From: an uncultured Gammaproteobacteria bacterium
GTDB taxonomy: Bacteria > Pseudomonadota > Gammaproteobacteria > JACCXJ01
Length of the DNA: 64,000 bases
Direction of reading: 5' to 3'
NCBI GenBank assembly: GCA_963764725.1
Contig: CAVXTM010000015.1
Location: forward strand, 256,001 to 320,000
The notes below the pieces were generated by a model that searched no databases, was not told the origin of the DNA, and saw only the letters and a list, made by a program, of their open reading frames with translations. Below, one piece after another: positions 54,751 to 64,000 of this stretch; within the stretch, counting starts at the first letter, position 1, and every line of letters starts with the position of its first letter. Position numbers and translations under genes: made by a program.

Positions 54751-55479
54751 CTAATAGGATTTGATGAGAGGCCGAATGCTGATATTGGTCACCTCGACAG
54801 TGCGCGGCAACCCGAGTGCGTTGATCACCACAGCGACCACGTCTTCAGGCTGCATGAGGAGCTCAGGGCGATAAGCCCTGCCCTCGGCCTCATGAATAGC
54901 CGCCTGCCGCGGCGTAGCGGTGCGTCCAGGAAACACACTTAGAACACGCACTCCGTCGACGTTCACTTCCTCTCGCAGGCTATCGGCGATGGCCTTAAGC
55001 GCGTGTTGGGTTGCGGCATATTGACACACGTTGGCTCTGGCGTTCAGGCCTACGGATGAGTTGATAAACACTATCTGACCTCGACGCAATTTGAGCATGG
55101 GCAGCAAGGCTTGCGTCAAGACATAAGGAGCACGAACATTGGTTTTGTACTGCCGGTCCAAGTCTGTGACAAGGGCAGTTTCAAGCGGGCCTTGAGAAAA
55201 ACTACCGGCACTGTGCACGAGCACATCAACCTGTCCAAAATTTTTCTGGAGACCCTCCGCGAGCTTGCGAATGTCATCATCCCGCGTCAGCTCGATCTGC
55301 CAAGCTTGCACCACTGGTGTGATCGCTCGAGCACTCTGCGCAACCGCATCTAGTCTTCGTAGATTTCGTCCCACCAGACAGAGCGTAGCACCCTGCGAGG
55401 CGAGGCCGAGGGCGATGGCTTTGCCGATCCCGTTGCTAGCGCCCGTAACTACGGCAATTTTATCCGTGAATGTTTTCAG
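54751..55479 (-). CDS. SDR family oxidoreductase (apparent CTG start)
   Basis: The frame extends beyond the tracked ORF to TDKIAVVTGASNGIG; HSAG; YAATQ; PGRTAT. Confidence 0.85.
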   Translation of the reverse strand: MKTFTDKIAVVTGASNGIGKAIALGLASQGATLCLVGRNLRRLDAVAQSARAITPVVQAWQIELTRDDDIRKLAEGLQKNFGQVDVLVHSAGSFSQGPLETALVTDLDRQYKTNVRAPYVLTQALLPMLKLRRGQIVFINSSVGLNARANVCQYAATQHALKAIADSLREEVNVDGVRVLSVFPGRTATPRQAAIHEAEGRAYRPELLMQPEDVVAVVINALGLPRTVEVTNISIRPLIKSY

Positions 55480-56491
55480 ACTCTTGCTCCAACTTGGTAT
55501 TAGTTAAGGCTGGGGTCTTACTTGGAGAGGATCGCTGGTCACGGTAGGGGCAGGGCTTCTGCGCGCGGTTTCCGAGCGTCTGGAGGAATAGCCGCGCTAT
55601 CCGCTTGCCCGCCACCAGCAGGTCCTTGACGAAGCCTTTGAAGAAGCGGAGAAACCATATGCCGACCTGAGGGTAGCAACGCAGCTTGTCATAAAGGCTC
55701 AAATCCGAGATCTGAAGGGCCCTTGCAAGCTCGAATAGAAGCTTCCATCGAGGGAGCAGTATGCGCCCCTTATTGATAGGGTCCACGAATGCAGCTTTCT
55801 CCCAGGGATCTAGGTAACCCGATCCCTCCGTATGACGCCGTCTGTACAGGAGGCGCTCGGGCAGCTCATAGAATTGCCCCATCAAAGCCAGCTCAGACAA
55901 TAGCACGACATCTGAGGCGTTATAGCTGCCCTCCAACCGGGTCTTCCTGATAACCTCGGTTCTCATGACGCCAAACATCGGATTGATCCACCAGTTCCCC
56001 CCCCGGAACCGCCGGTGGAAAGCCCGATAGCGCACGACCGGATCCGGTGCCCGCAGATCGAGCCCGTCCTCAGGATCGCTCACGAGGTTTCCATGCTCGT
56101 CTATCACTCGACTTTGCGGGTAGCAGAGCACAACCGCGGGGTGCTGCTCCAGGACCTCGACGCACCGGGCGAGAAACTCCGGGGCACACAGGTCATCGTG
56201 ATGCGCCGACTTGAAGTATTTGCCGATCGCCAACTGGATAGTGCGGTTCCCATTGCGCGCGCTGCCTATGTTTTCGTCGTTTCGGGAATAGCGTATGCGT
56301 GGGTCGCGAGCCGCGTATTCGCGGCAGATCGCCTCGGTGGCATCTGTCGAGGCGTTATCCGAAATAATTAATTCAAAATCATGGAACGTCTGTGCCAGCA
56401 CGGCGTCCAGGGCGGCTTTCACGTAACGCTCGCCGTTATAGACGGGCATGCCGACGGACACGCGCGGCGGGATATTATTCGCGTGGGTCAT
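55460..56491 (-). CDS. GT2 family glycosyltransferase (copy B)
   Basis: VSVGMPVYNGE, IISDNASTD, AHHDD; paralog of 60612..61553. Confidence 0.92.
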   Translation of the reverse strand: MTHANNIPPRVSVGMPVYNGERYVKAALDAVLAQTFHDFELIISDNASTDATEAICREYAARDPRIRYSRNDENIGSARNGNRTIQLAIGKYFKSAHHDDLCAPEFLARCVEVLEQHPAVVLCYPQSRVIDEHGNLVSDPEDGLDLRAPDPVVRYRAFHRRFRGGNWWINPMFGVMRTEVIRKTRLEGSYNASDVVLLSELALMGQFYELPERLLYRRRHTEGSGYLDPWEKAAFVDPINKGRILLPRWKLLFELARALQISDLSLYDKLRCYPQVGIWFLRFFKGFVKDLLVAGKRIARLFLQTLGNRAQKPCPYRDQRSSPSKTPALTNTKLEQESENIHG

Positions 56492-56606
56492 AGGTCTCGA
56501 AGATCAAGCCAGTGGTTGTGGGCCATGGGACTTACAGGTTCGGCATGGCTTCCGGCACCCGTTGCTTTCCGCACACCGGTCGAAAGGACCCGACGCTCTC
56601 TTTTGC

Positions 56607-56635
56607 ATTATAATGAGTGGGACGAAAGTACGCAA
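56607..56635 (-). promoter_or_regulatory. Sigma70-type promoter upstream of GT2 copy B
   Basis: TTGCGT-N17-TATAAT; counterpart at 61668-61697. Confidence 0.6.
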
Positions 56636-56964
56636 AACGGACCGCATCTCGGTGAACTCACGACCACTCGCTGTTGCGGCGGCCCCAGGTTCGTCCCATT
56701 CCTCATCGATAAGGGGGTTAGGAGTCGGAGTCGGTTGAGAAATGGAATTGGATTTATTATGCTTTTACTTGGGGTCAGGAGCACCCACGACGATATCGGG
56801 TAGCATCAGTTGAAGCGGATTGTGTGCGATTACTATTAAGAACCATCCATTGGAGTATTGGCAATCTAGACGTCTGCTGGCAAGCTTGCTTAGATTTGGT
56901 ACGCGGTTCTGATCCAATAATCGTCGAGCGGGCGAACAAATTACCTGTGCATATATCCTCTATA

Positions 56965-58245
56965 TCAATAGATCCTTGGTGAACAGCGACTGGCCTTCTG
57001 AGGGCATGAGGCAAACCTCCAGGCCGTGAATCGTCGAAATGTACGCAAACACCTAAAAGCTGCGTAGTCCCATGCGCCGAACGCAATCGCACGGGCGAGC
57101 AGCACGGCCATAGGGAGTAGGCAACAGTAGCAATGCAAACCGTCCCCTTTTTCATCACAACGGCCCGGTCCGGCACCCAGTCGCTTTACGCGGCTGCCGT
57201 ACTCACTCAATCTTGGTCGTCGCAGTAGCTTGGTTGCTGACCAGCACCACGCCGAGTCCCACCGCGTGGTCCGTTGATCCGGGCGCCTCAACGAGACACT
57301 GCCACACTCGGAGCTTCTGCAGACTTGGAGGCACCGCATGACGGAAGCGTCGCCAAGTTCGACGAAAGGATGAGGGACGGTCCCTGTCACCGCTTCAAGA
57401 TAACGGGTCTGAAGGGCCGTCAAAACAGGCGATGCTTCCGGCAGCGGCAAGCCGTCGATTGATTTAGCCGGTATGACCACCGCGAGAGTTCCGCACAGAG
57501 CGATCTCGTCCGCCACCAGCAATTCCGTGCGATCGATCGGACGCCGTATGAACTCGATGTTCATAGAATGAGCCAACGCCTCAACGACATCCAGCGTGAT
57601 ACCCTCCAACGCCCCTTCTGTCGCGGAAGGCGTGCACACCGTACCCTCCCGAACCATCAGCACGCAGGACCCGGTTGCCTCCGCTACCCGGCCCCACTGA
57701 TTGAGCAGCACCATGTCCGGGCACCCCCGCGCGCGACCCTCGATCCTTGCCAAGCGGCCGGTCTGGTAGTTGGTTGCGGTCTTGATCCTGGCAGGAAGCG
57801 ACAAGTCGCCACTCCGCTGCCAAGTACTGACTCCCAAGTTAATAGGCGGGGACACGGGTGTGTCGTGGTGGTAGGCGGTCACGGCGAGATCCGCGGCAGT
57901 TCCCTCGCCCCAATGTCCCTCAGTCACGTAAAGTGTTGTCCGAGCCCACATATTCCGGCCCGGTTCGACTAAGGCACCGATCAGTTCGTCGAGCGCGCCC
58001 TCGTACTCCTCGTACGTCGTGAGGAAAGGAATGTGCAGCAAACGAGCAGATCGTCGCAGACGTTCATAATGACGACGCAGCATCACCATTGCGAACCGCC
58101 CATCGGGCTGCCAAAAGCCCGTGATCCCTTCGAATACGCTGAGACCCCTGGTGAAAGCCTCACAACCGATATGGAGCAGGGCTTCGTTCCACAGACGAAG
58201 TTTGCCTCCCATGTATACGAACTTTGGTTCTTGCAGTGTTGCCAC
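56965..58245 (-). CDS. Aminotransferase class IV (branched-chain AT-like); likely true stop at ~57288
   Basis: VFEG, H..RL..SA, IK...NY, EATG, LEGIT, DE..LCGT; AGGAGG RBS; the C-terminal ~110 aa look like frameshift read-through. Confidence 0.85.
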   Translation of the reverse strand: MATLQEPKFVYMGGKLRLWNEALLHIGCEAFTRGLSVFEGITGFWQPDGRFAMVMLRRHYERLRRSARLLHIPFLTTYEEYEGALDELIGALVEPGRNMWARTTLYVTEGHWGEGTAADLAVTAYHHDTPVSPPINLGVSTWQRSGDLSLPARIKTATNYQTGRLARIEGRARGCPDMVLLNQWGRVAEATGSCVLMVREGTVCTPSATEGALEGITLDVVEALAHSMNIEFIRRPIDRTELLVADEIALCGTLAVVIPAKSIDGLPLPEASPVLTALQTRYLEAVTGTVPHPFVELGDASVMRCLQVCRSSECGSVSLRRPDQRTTRWDSAWCWSATKLLRRPRLSEYGSRVKRLGAGPGRCDEKGDGLHCYCCLLPMAVLLARAIAFGAWDYAAFRCLRTFRRFTAWRFASCPQKASRCSPRIY

Positions 58246-58322
58246 GTCGGCCTCCTGTATCGTCTCCTGACGAGCTAAGCCTCGAGATGCGTGCCTCGGC
58301 GGGTTCGCTATCTGCTCAATCC

Positions 58323-58867
58323 CTATGCTGGTACAACAGGACCTTCTCGGCTCTCTGTTCCGTCAGTATAGACAGCCACAATCTCGTCGGCAATGCGGGA
58401 GGAATCGGTCCCGCGCAGATGATCCCTCATGGTAGCGCCCGTACAAGCCTCATCCCCTGGGGGCGCTCCCCGCTTCGCGAGACGTCTTCGAGGTGAACGA
58501 CCCTAAAGTCGATGCTGAATCTGGTCTTTCCCGAGGTGTTGACTGGAGTGCATTTGTGCGCCTGAGAACGTAATAAGTCCGCCTACCGGACAGATCAGCC
58601 GGATCTGCGGATCCAACTCGATCGGCTCTGTGGCGCGCGGGAGGGGCCGCGGGTCCTCTTTGTATAGCCTGCCACGCTGGCGCCGCGATAGAGCTTGTTC
58701 CATTCATAGTAATTGTATCCGCTCGAGCTGTTTCGCACCGGCCGGTTCCAGTAGCGCGGGTGAAACGCCATCGCATTATCGGATTCAAAATCGTAAACTG
58801 GCATCCACCAGTTTATCTGCCAGGGGGGTAGAGTACCACGTGTCGCGGTGAGGGTGCCACGCGTACG
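58323..58867 (-). pseudogene. 5'-truncated paralog of the oxygenase-like gene
   Basis: AYAWHPHRDTWY..INWWMP...NAMAFHPRYW...FSGAQMH..RFSIDF in broken frames. Confidence 0.75.
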
Positions 58868-59122
58868 CTAGGCGGGGATGTCCCATTTGCCTTTGCCTAA
58901 CACAATGTAGACCTTGATGACACCTGCCAACCGCATCTTCTCGAGCAGATAATGGCAAACCACTTTCGGGCGCACGCTCTCACTGTCGTCCAAGGCCCGG
59001 AAGCCCACCGGATATAACTCTTTGCTGCAAGGTAATGGGGCTAGCCGCGTTGCTTTCCCGCCTGCCGGGAGCAACCCAATGACTTCCCGATAAAGCTCTC
59101 GGTCCCGGTTCGAGTTAGCCAT
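58868..59122 (-). pseudogene. 3'-truncated duplicate of the nucleotidyltransferase
   Basis: 84 aa nearly identical to the N-terminus of 53860..54702; ends abruptly at WDIPA*. Confidence 0.88.
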
Positions 59123-59167
59123 GGCTTTCTGGAGCGTTATAACCTCATCTATTTGTTGAACACTACA

Positions 59168-60476
59168 CTAGTTATATTGTCTATAGACGGTCTTAACAGG
59201 CGGGCCGATCATGAATTTGCTCACACCTTCATCCAGCGCCCTGCGGTAGATCCCAAGGGCTTCGTGGATGGCTTCGACAGTCCTGTCGATATCCGCATCC
59301 GTGTGCGCATAGCTCACCACGAGAGACGGCGCGAGGATGCCGCGCTTTATTGTTTCCTGCAGAAACAAGGTCCTGAAGACCTGAGAGGCTTGCTTAGTCT
59401 CATCCCGAGTCGCGTACACGAGGCAGCACGGTCTTCCCATGACTTGGAAGTACGATTCCAAGCGATGCTCCGTAATCGACTTCCTGATGCCTTGATCGAG
59501 GCGTTGTCCTTGCCGCCAAAGGGTATCGATAACTGGTTCGCGCTTATAAGTGCGCATTGTTTCCATGGCGGCCGCCAGGCCGTGACTCTCTGCTCCGTGT
59601 GTCGTGGAAAGTAGGAACACCCGTTCCCGCTCGTGATCAAGCCCCCCAAGCCGCATGATCTCTTTCTTACCAGCCAAAGCCGACACTGAGAAACCATTTC
59701 CCAGAGCTTTCCCGAAGGTCGAACAGATCGGGAACTACGTTGTGGAAGCGTTGGGCACCCCCGTTATGCCAGCGGAAGCCCGTGATCATCTCGTCCAGGA
59801 TAAAAACCGTGCCATTTTCACGGCAGAGTTTTTGGGCTTCGTGGAGGAAATCATTCTTAGGTGGCGTCTCTTTTTCGGGCTCGAGGATTACGCAGGCTAT
59901 TCGCGCCGGCTCCTCGGCAAACAAACGCCGCAGGCTTTCGATATCGTTATAGCGGAACTTGCGGGTCAATGCCTGTATCGTACTCGGAATTCCGGCCGCC
60001 ATCGCAGTAGTCCCGATAAACCAGTCACTAACCGAGAAGAATGGGTGGTCGCTACAAACTGCCACCAGATCCCTGCCCGTATAGGCGCGGGACAGCCGGA
60101 TTGCCGCATCGTTTACGTCAGACCCGTTCTTGGCGAATTTCACCATCTCGGCGCCTTCGATGAGGCTGAGAAGCTCTTCTGCGCACTCAAGCTCGATGGG
60201 CGCGGGACGCACGAAGTTCGTTCCTCGCAGCATGGCCCTGTGGGCGGCTTCCACCACTGGCGCGTAAGCGTGCCCCAGCGTCACCGCCCGCAGGCCCATG
60301 CCGTACTCGATGAATTCATTGCCGTCCACATCCCATACGTGGCATCCCAGGCCTCTATCGATGTAACGCGGACAAGAACCCGGATACTGGTCGTCCCCTT
60401 TCGCATAGGTATGCGCGCCACCGGGGATTAACGCATGGAACCGCTGTGCCATTGTTCGGGATTTATCAAAGCTCAT
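59168..60476 (-). CDS. Class III aminotransferase, glutamate-1-semialdehyde aminomutase-like (frameshift at ~59725)
   Basis: IPGGAHTYAKGDDQ, WDVDGNE, KFAKNGSD, DEMITGFR, TFGKALGNGF, LSTTHG. Confidence 0.88.
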
Positions 60477-60611
60477 TTGCCTATCACCGCTCTGTCTTCG
60501 AGGATTTCCGGGTCTCAAATGTTGCACCAAGGAAACGATTCAGCTTACTCCCGAGAGGAAGCGGAGAGGCTGGCCTTGGAAGGCGAGGGAGAGCGGCCCA
60601 GGGTGGCAAGC

Positions 60612-61553
60612 TCAGGTCCTTTCAGCTTGGCTCCCAAACTTCTGCATGGACAGCTCCGCTATCCGCTTGGCTGCGACCAGCAGGTCTTTGACAAAGCTTT
60701 TGAAATAGCGCAGAAACCATAAGCCGATCTGAGGGCAGCAACGCAGCTTGTCATAAAGACTCAAATCCGAGTTCTGCAAGGCCTTTGCAAGCTCGAATAG
60801 GAGCTTCCATCGAGGGAGTAGTATCCGGCCCTTATTGACAGGGTCTTCGAACACAGCCTTCTCCCAGGGATCCAGGTTACCCGATCCCTCCGGATGACGC
60901 CGTCTGTACAGGAGGCGCTCGGAAAGCTCGTGGAATTCCCCCATCAGAGCCAGCTCAGACAGTAGCACGACGTCTGCGGCGAAATAGCTGCCGTCCAACC
61001 GGGTCTTCTTGATGACTTCGGTTCTCATGACGCCAAACATCGGATTAATCCACCAGTTCCCCCCCCGATACCGCCGGAGGAAAGCTCGATAGCGCTCGAC
61101 CGGATCGGTTGCGCGCAGGTCGAGTCCGTCCTCTGGATCGCTCACGAAGTCTCCATGCTCGTCTATCACTCTACTTTGCGGATAACAGAGCACCGCGGCA
61201 GGCTGCTGCTCTAGGACCTGGACGCAGCGAAGGAGAAACTCCGGGGCACACAGATCATCGTGATGCGCCCATTTGAAGTATTGGCCGGTCGCCAGCTCAA
61301 CGGTGCGGTTGCTATTGCGCGCGGCGCCTATGTTTTCGTCGTTTCGAGAATAGCGTATGCGCGGGTCGCGAGCCGCGTATTCGCGGCAAATCTCCCCGGT
61401 GGCATCGGTCGAGGCGTTATCCGAGATGATTAGCTCAAAATCACGGAATGTCTGGGTCAGCACAGCGTCCAATGCAGCTTTTACGTAACGCTCGCCGTTA
61501 TAGACGGGCATGCCGACAGAGACGCGCGGCGGGATATCATTCGTGCGGGTCAT
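60612..61553 (-). CDS. GT2 family glycosyltransferase (copy A)
   Basis: VSVGMPVYNGE, SDNASTD, WAHHDD. Confidence 0.92.
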   Translation of the reverse strand: MTRTNDIPPRVSVGMPVYNGERYVKAALDAVLTQTFRDFELIISDNASTDATGEICREYAARDPRIRYSRNDENIGAARNSNRTVELATGQYFKWAHHDDLCAPEFLLRCVQVLEQQPAAVLCYPQSRVIDEHGDFVSDPEDGLDLRATDPVERYRAFLRRYRGGNWWINPMFGVMRTEVIKKTRLDGSYFAADVVLLSELALMGEFHELSERLLYRRRHPEGSGNLDPWEKAVFEDPVNKGRILLPRWKLLFELAKALQNSDLSLYDKLRCCPQIGLWFLRYFKSFVKDLLVAAKRIAELSMQKFGSQAERT

Positions 61554-61667
61554 AGGTCTCGGAGTTCAACCAGCGGTCGTGGGTTATGGCACTTACATGT
61601 CCGGCATGGCTTCTGACGCCCCTTGCCTTCGGCACACAGGTCGAACAGGCCCAATGCCGTCGCTTGC

Positions 61668-61697
61668 ATAATACGGGGTGGAGTGGGTAGTACGCAA
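61668..61697 (-). promoter_or_regulatory. Sigma70-type promoter upstream of GT2 copy A
   Basis: TTGCGT-N18-TATTAT. Confidence 0.5.
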
Positions 61698-61723
61698 CGG
61701 ACCGCGACGCGTGCCAGGGCCTC

Positions 61724-62626
61724 TCACCGACACCAGTGGGTTAAATCCCGGCCAAGTAGTTCACTCAGGCGTTGCACCTCGGGGTGGAATTTACGCTGAA
61801 GTTCGACCCTCAACTCTGGATCCATCGCAGGACGTGTCACATATTTGGTGTTAAGTTGTCCCAGTCTTTGAAGAACTTCGCGACGCAAAGGTCGGGGCAC
61901 CGTTGCCCTGACGAGCGATCGAGCCAAAGGGTGGCTCTTCAAGGTCCACAACAAGCTTCTGAAGGTCTTGCTGCGCACCTGTTTGTTTGGATTCACTACC
62001 TCAAACCTGGGTTGGAAGCGGTCGTCTATATTCAAAAAGCACAGCGTCTCTTGATAGACAGATGCCGCATCTTGCTTAAGGTCGTCATAAATGATGATGT
62101 GTACTTTCTCCCGCCCAAACCTGTCAAAATAGCGCTTGACCTGATCTGTATACTTGCCAACCTCCATATAAAAGAAGCCACTGATTATCAACTCATTCTC
62201 AGGAAGCCTGGCTCCTGGTTTTCTTATACTCTCATCCTCAAGGGCCGCCCTAAAATCCTCGATCTCTTCTCCTCCAGTGCGTAGCATATGACTATGCAGA
62301 GAGTAAAGCATATCTACTGGATTTCTGAGCATAATAATTATATCTGCGGCACCAGCGAAATCCCGAATCTCGTAAGCCGCGCGCTTTGAATACAAATAGA
62401 ACACTGATTTCTCGCCTACTCGCCTCCGGAACTTCGCCTCGGGAGTATCAAAGTGCGCCAGGTATTGCTCAATGGTGCACCTGGGATGTGTAAACAGCAG
62501 GTCATTACCGAAGAAATCCATCTCCTTCTCTGGCAAACAAATATCCGGATGCTGACTCAAGTAATACCGCATGGCTGTTGTTCCACACTTTGGCGCTCCG
62601 ACAATGAAAAAGTCTGGCTTTCTCAC
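61724..62626 (-). CDS. Sulfotransferase family protein
   Basis: KPDFFIVGAPKCGTT (5'-PSB), LRNPVD..YS (3'-PB), YDDLK. Confidence 0.92.
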   Translation of the reverse strand: MRKPDFFIVGAPKCGTTAMRYYLSQHPDICLPEKEMDFFGNDLLFTHPRCTIEQYLAHFDTPEAKFRRRVGEKSVFYLYSKRAAYEIRDFAGAADIIIMLRNPVDMLYSLHSHMLRTGGEEIEDFRAALEDESIRKPGARLPENELIISGFFYMEVGKYTDQVKRYFDRFGREKVHIIIYDDLKQDAASVYQETLCFLNIDDRFQPRFEVVNPNKQVRSKTFRSLLWTLKSHPLARSLVRATVPRPLRREVLQRLGQLNTKYVTRPAMDPELRVELQRKFHPEVQRLSELLGRDLTHWCR

Positions 62627-63986
62627 GGGGTACTCCTCAAACCGAAGCTCCCCGCAGCCGTGGTGTAAATGCCAAGCCGCTGGTAAACCCATACCGCAAG
62701 CAGGATATTCCACGTTGCCACGCTGATCGCGGTTGCAATGGCCGCCCCTTCAATCCCCCATACCGGGATCAGTAGGGCGTTCAGTGCTACATTCATCACA
62801 GCGGCTATGCCCACACCTGTAGCGGTGTCGCGCTCATGACCGGTCATGACCAGGAGCAACCCTACAGAGCCCATCCCAGCGTTAATGATTTGCGCTGCAC
62901 TGAGAATAGCGAGTGCCGTTGCTCCAGAGACAAAGTCGGCGCCAAACACCGTCAGCAGGATCCACCGGCTGAAAATGATCATGCTCAGGGCCACAGGCAG
63001 AGAACCTAACAGAACAACACGGGCGCTAATGGTGACAATGCGCTGTAAGCGCTGTAGCTCACCGGCAGTGTAGAGGCTGGAAACGACTGGCCCTAGCGCC
63101 ATATTGGCGGCGGCCAAGACAAACGAGACGAGATCAGCCCCCGCGTAGCCACTTGATAGACGCCGGCAGCTTCGGCGCCTTGCATGGCTCCCACCATAAG
63201 GATGGCCGTCTCATGGTTAATCGCCGCCAGGCTGCCCAGCGCCAGCAGAGGAAGGGCGCTTTTTATCCACGCGCGGGTTTCATAGGTTGGCGCCGTCTCC
63301 TTAACCGCCTGCGGCAACCGCTTGACTAACCACACCGCGCCCACCAAAAAGGCAGCGGCACTAGCGGCCACCTGCATTCCCATAGCCCAGACAGCGGTAA
63401 ACTGGCCGGCGCCCGACAGCAAATAACCGCCCCCAGCTAACAGGATGAATAGGCCAGGTTTGATCAGCGCTTCAGGCAGTTGTCCCAGCAGCACATAGCC
63501 GAGTCCGCGCAGGGTTGCCGTGCGCAGGGCATTCAGGGCCATTAAGGGCAACAGAACCAGGGCCAGCCAGAAAGTCGCAAGCCCTTCGGGCGGGAGGCGG
63601 TCGGCCAGCACCCAGCCGATGACCGCCGCCAGCAGTACCAGTCCCCATGAGATGAGCAGGACCGCTTGATTTGCCTTTAGTAACAGGCCACGCATCAAGG
63701 ACCAAACCGAGCGGCTCTGGTAGGCCGCGATGTAACGAATGATCAAGCTCGGCAGGCCCAGCTTGGCCGGTACGCTTAACAAGTTGACCAGTGCCATGGC
63801 GTAGGCATAGGTACCGTAGTCCGCCGCCCCCAACAGGCGCGCTAAAACGATACTGAGGATGAAACCCAATGCGGTCGCGACAAGTCTCAGGGCAAAACTT
63901 CCTCCGGCTCCGCGAATCAGATAGTCCCGGAGGCTGTGTCTTGCACCCATACTAGCCGCTAGAAGCGGACCCCGATTTTTGGACAA
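62623..63986 (-). CDS. Polysaccharide flippase (Wzx/MOP family), frameshift at ~63125
   Basis: ARLLG..DYG.Y, many TM helices, G.Y..A.R, LN.LLIP.WGIEGAAIAT. Confidence 0.88.
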
Positions 63987-64000
63987 AGATCGTACCGCCC

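Noticed and set aside
61550-61669. Small Cys-rich ORF (MQATALG...KPCRTCK...DL*) coupled to GT2, with a similar frame at 56504-56608
   Set aside because: Its ATG overlaps the predicted -10 box, it has no RBS, and the second copy stops early. More likely UTR.

Overview
GC-rich bacterial window, probably from a gammaproteobacterium (inferred from the Xanthomonas-type T2SS order and the PPi-type Pfk). Many otherwise intact genes carry single-base frameshifts, most likely long-read indel errors. Left to right: a RAYT transposase remnant; an alpha-2-macroglobulin/pbpC operon with two MITEs sitting exactly on TGA stop codons; a defence/TA hotspot (headless STAND-TPR gene, DUF433/PIN pair, two RelE-type TA pairs, a TIR-TM-14xWD40 protein, a Mut7-C RNase); an extended NHEJ region (DUF72, ligD, a stand-alone tandem PARP-type zinc-finger protein, a NucS-like nuclease, SDR, ACP-FAAL-acyltransferase fusion, a ligD stub, ku, HTH-TPR); an ABC transporter and small conserved genes; glnA; a gspE-F-G-H-I-J-K-L-M-(N)-D T2SS operon; a secreted GlcG/HbpS protein; pfk; a DAACS symporter; and a partly duplicated, ISL3-interrupted polysaccharide cluster (wzx, sulfotransferase, two GT2, two aminotransferases, NTase, SDR, Fe/2OG-like oxygenase). 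The best novelty candidate is the PARP-zinc-finger-associated NHEJ module. I saw no rRNA, tRNA or CRISPR array. All family calls rest on motif recognition by eye; no searches were run.
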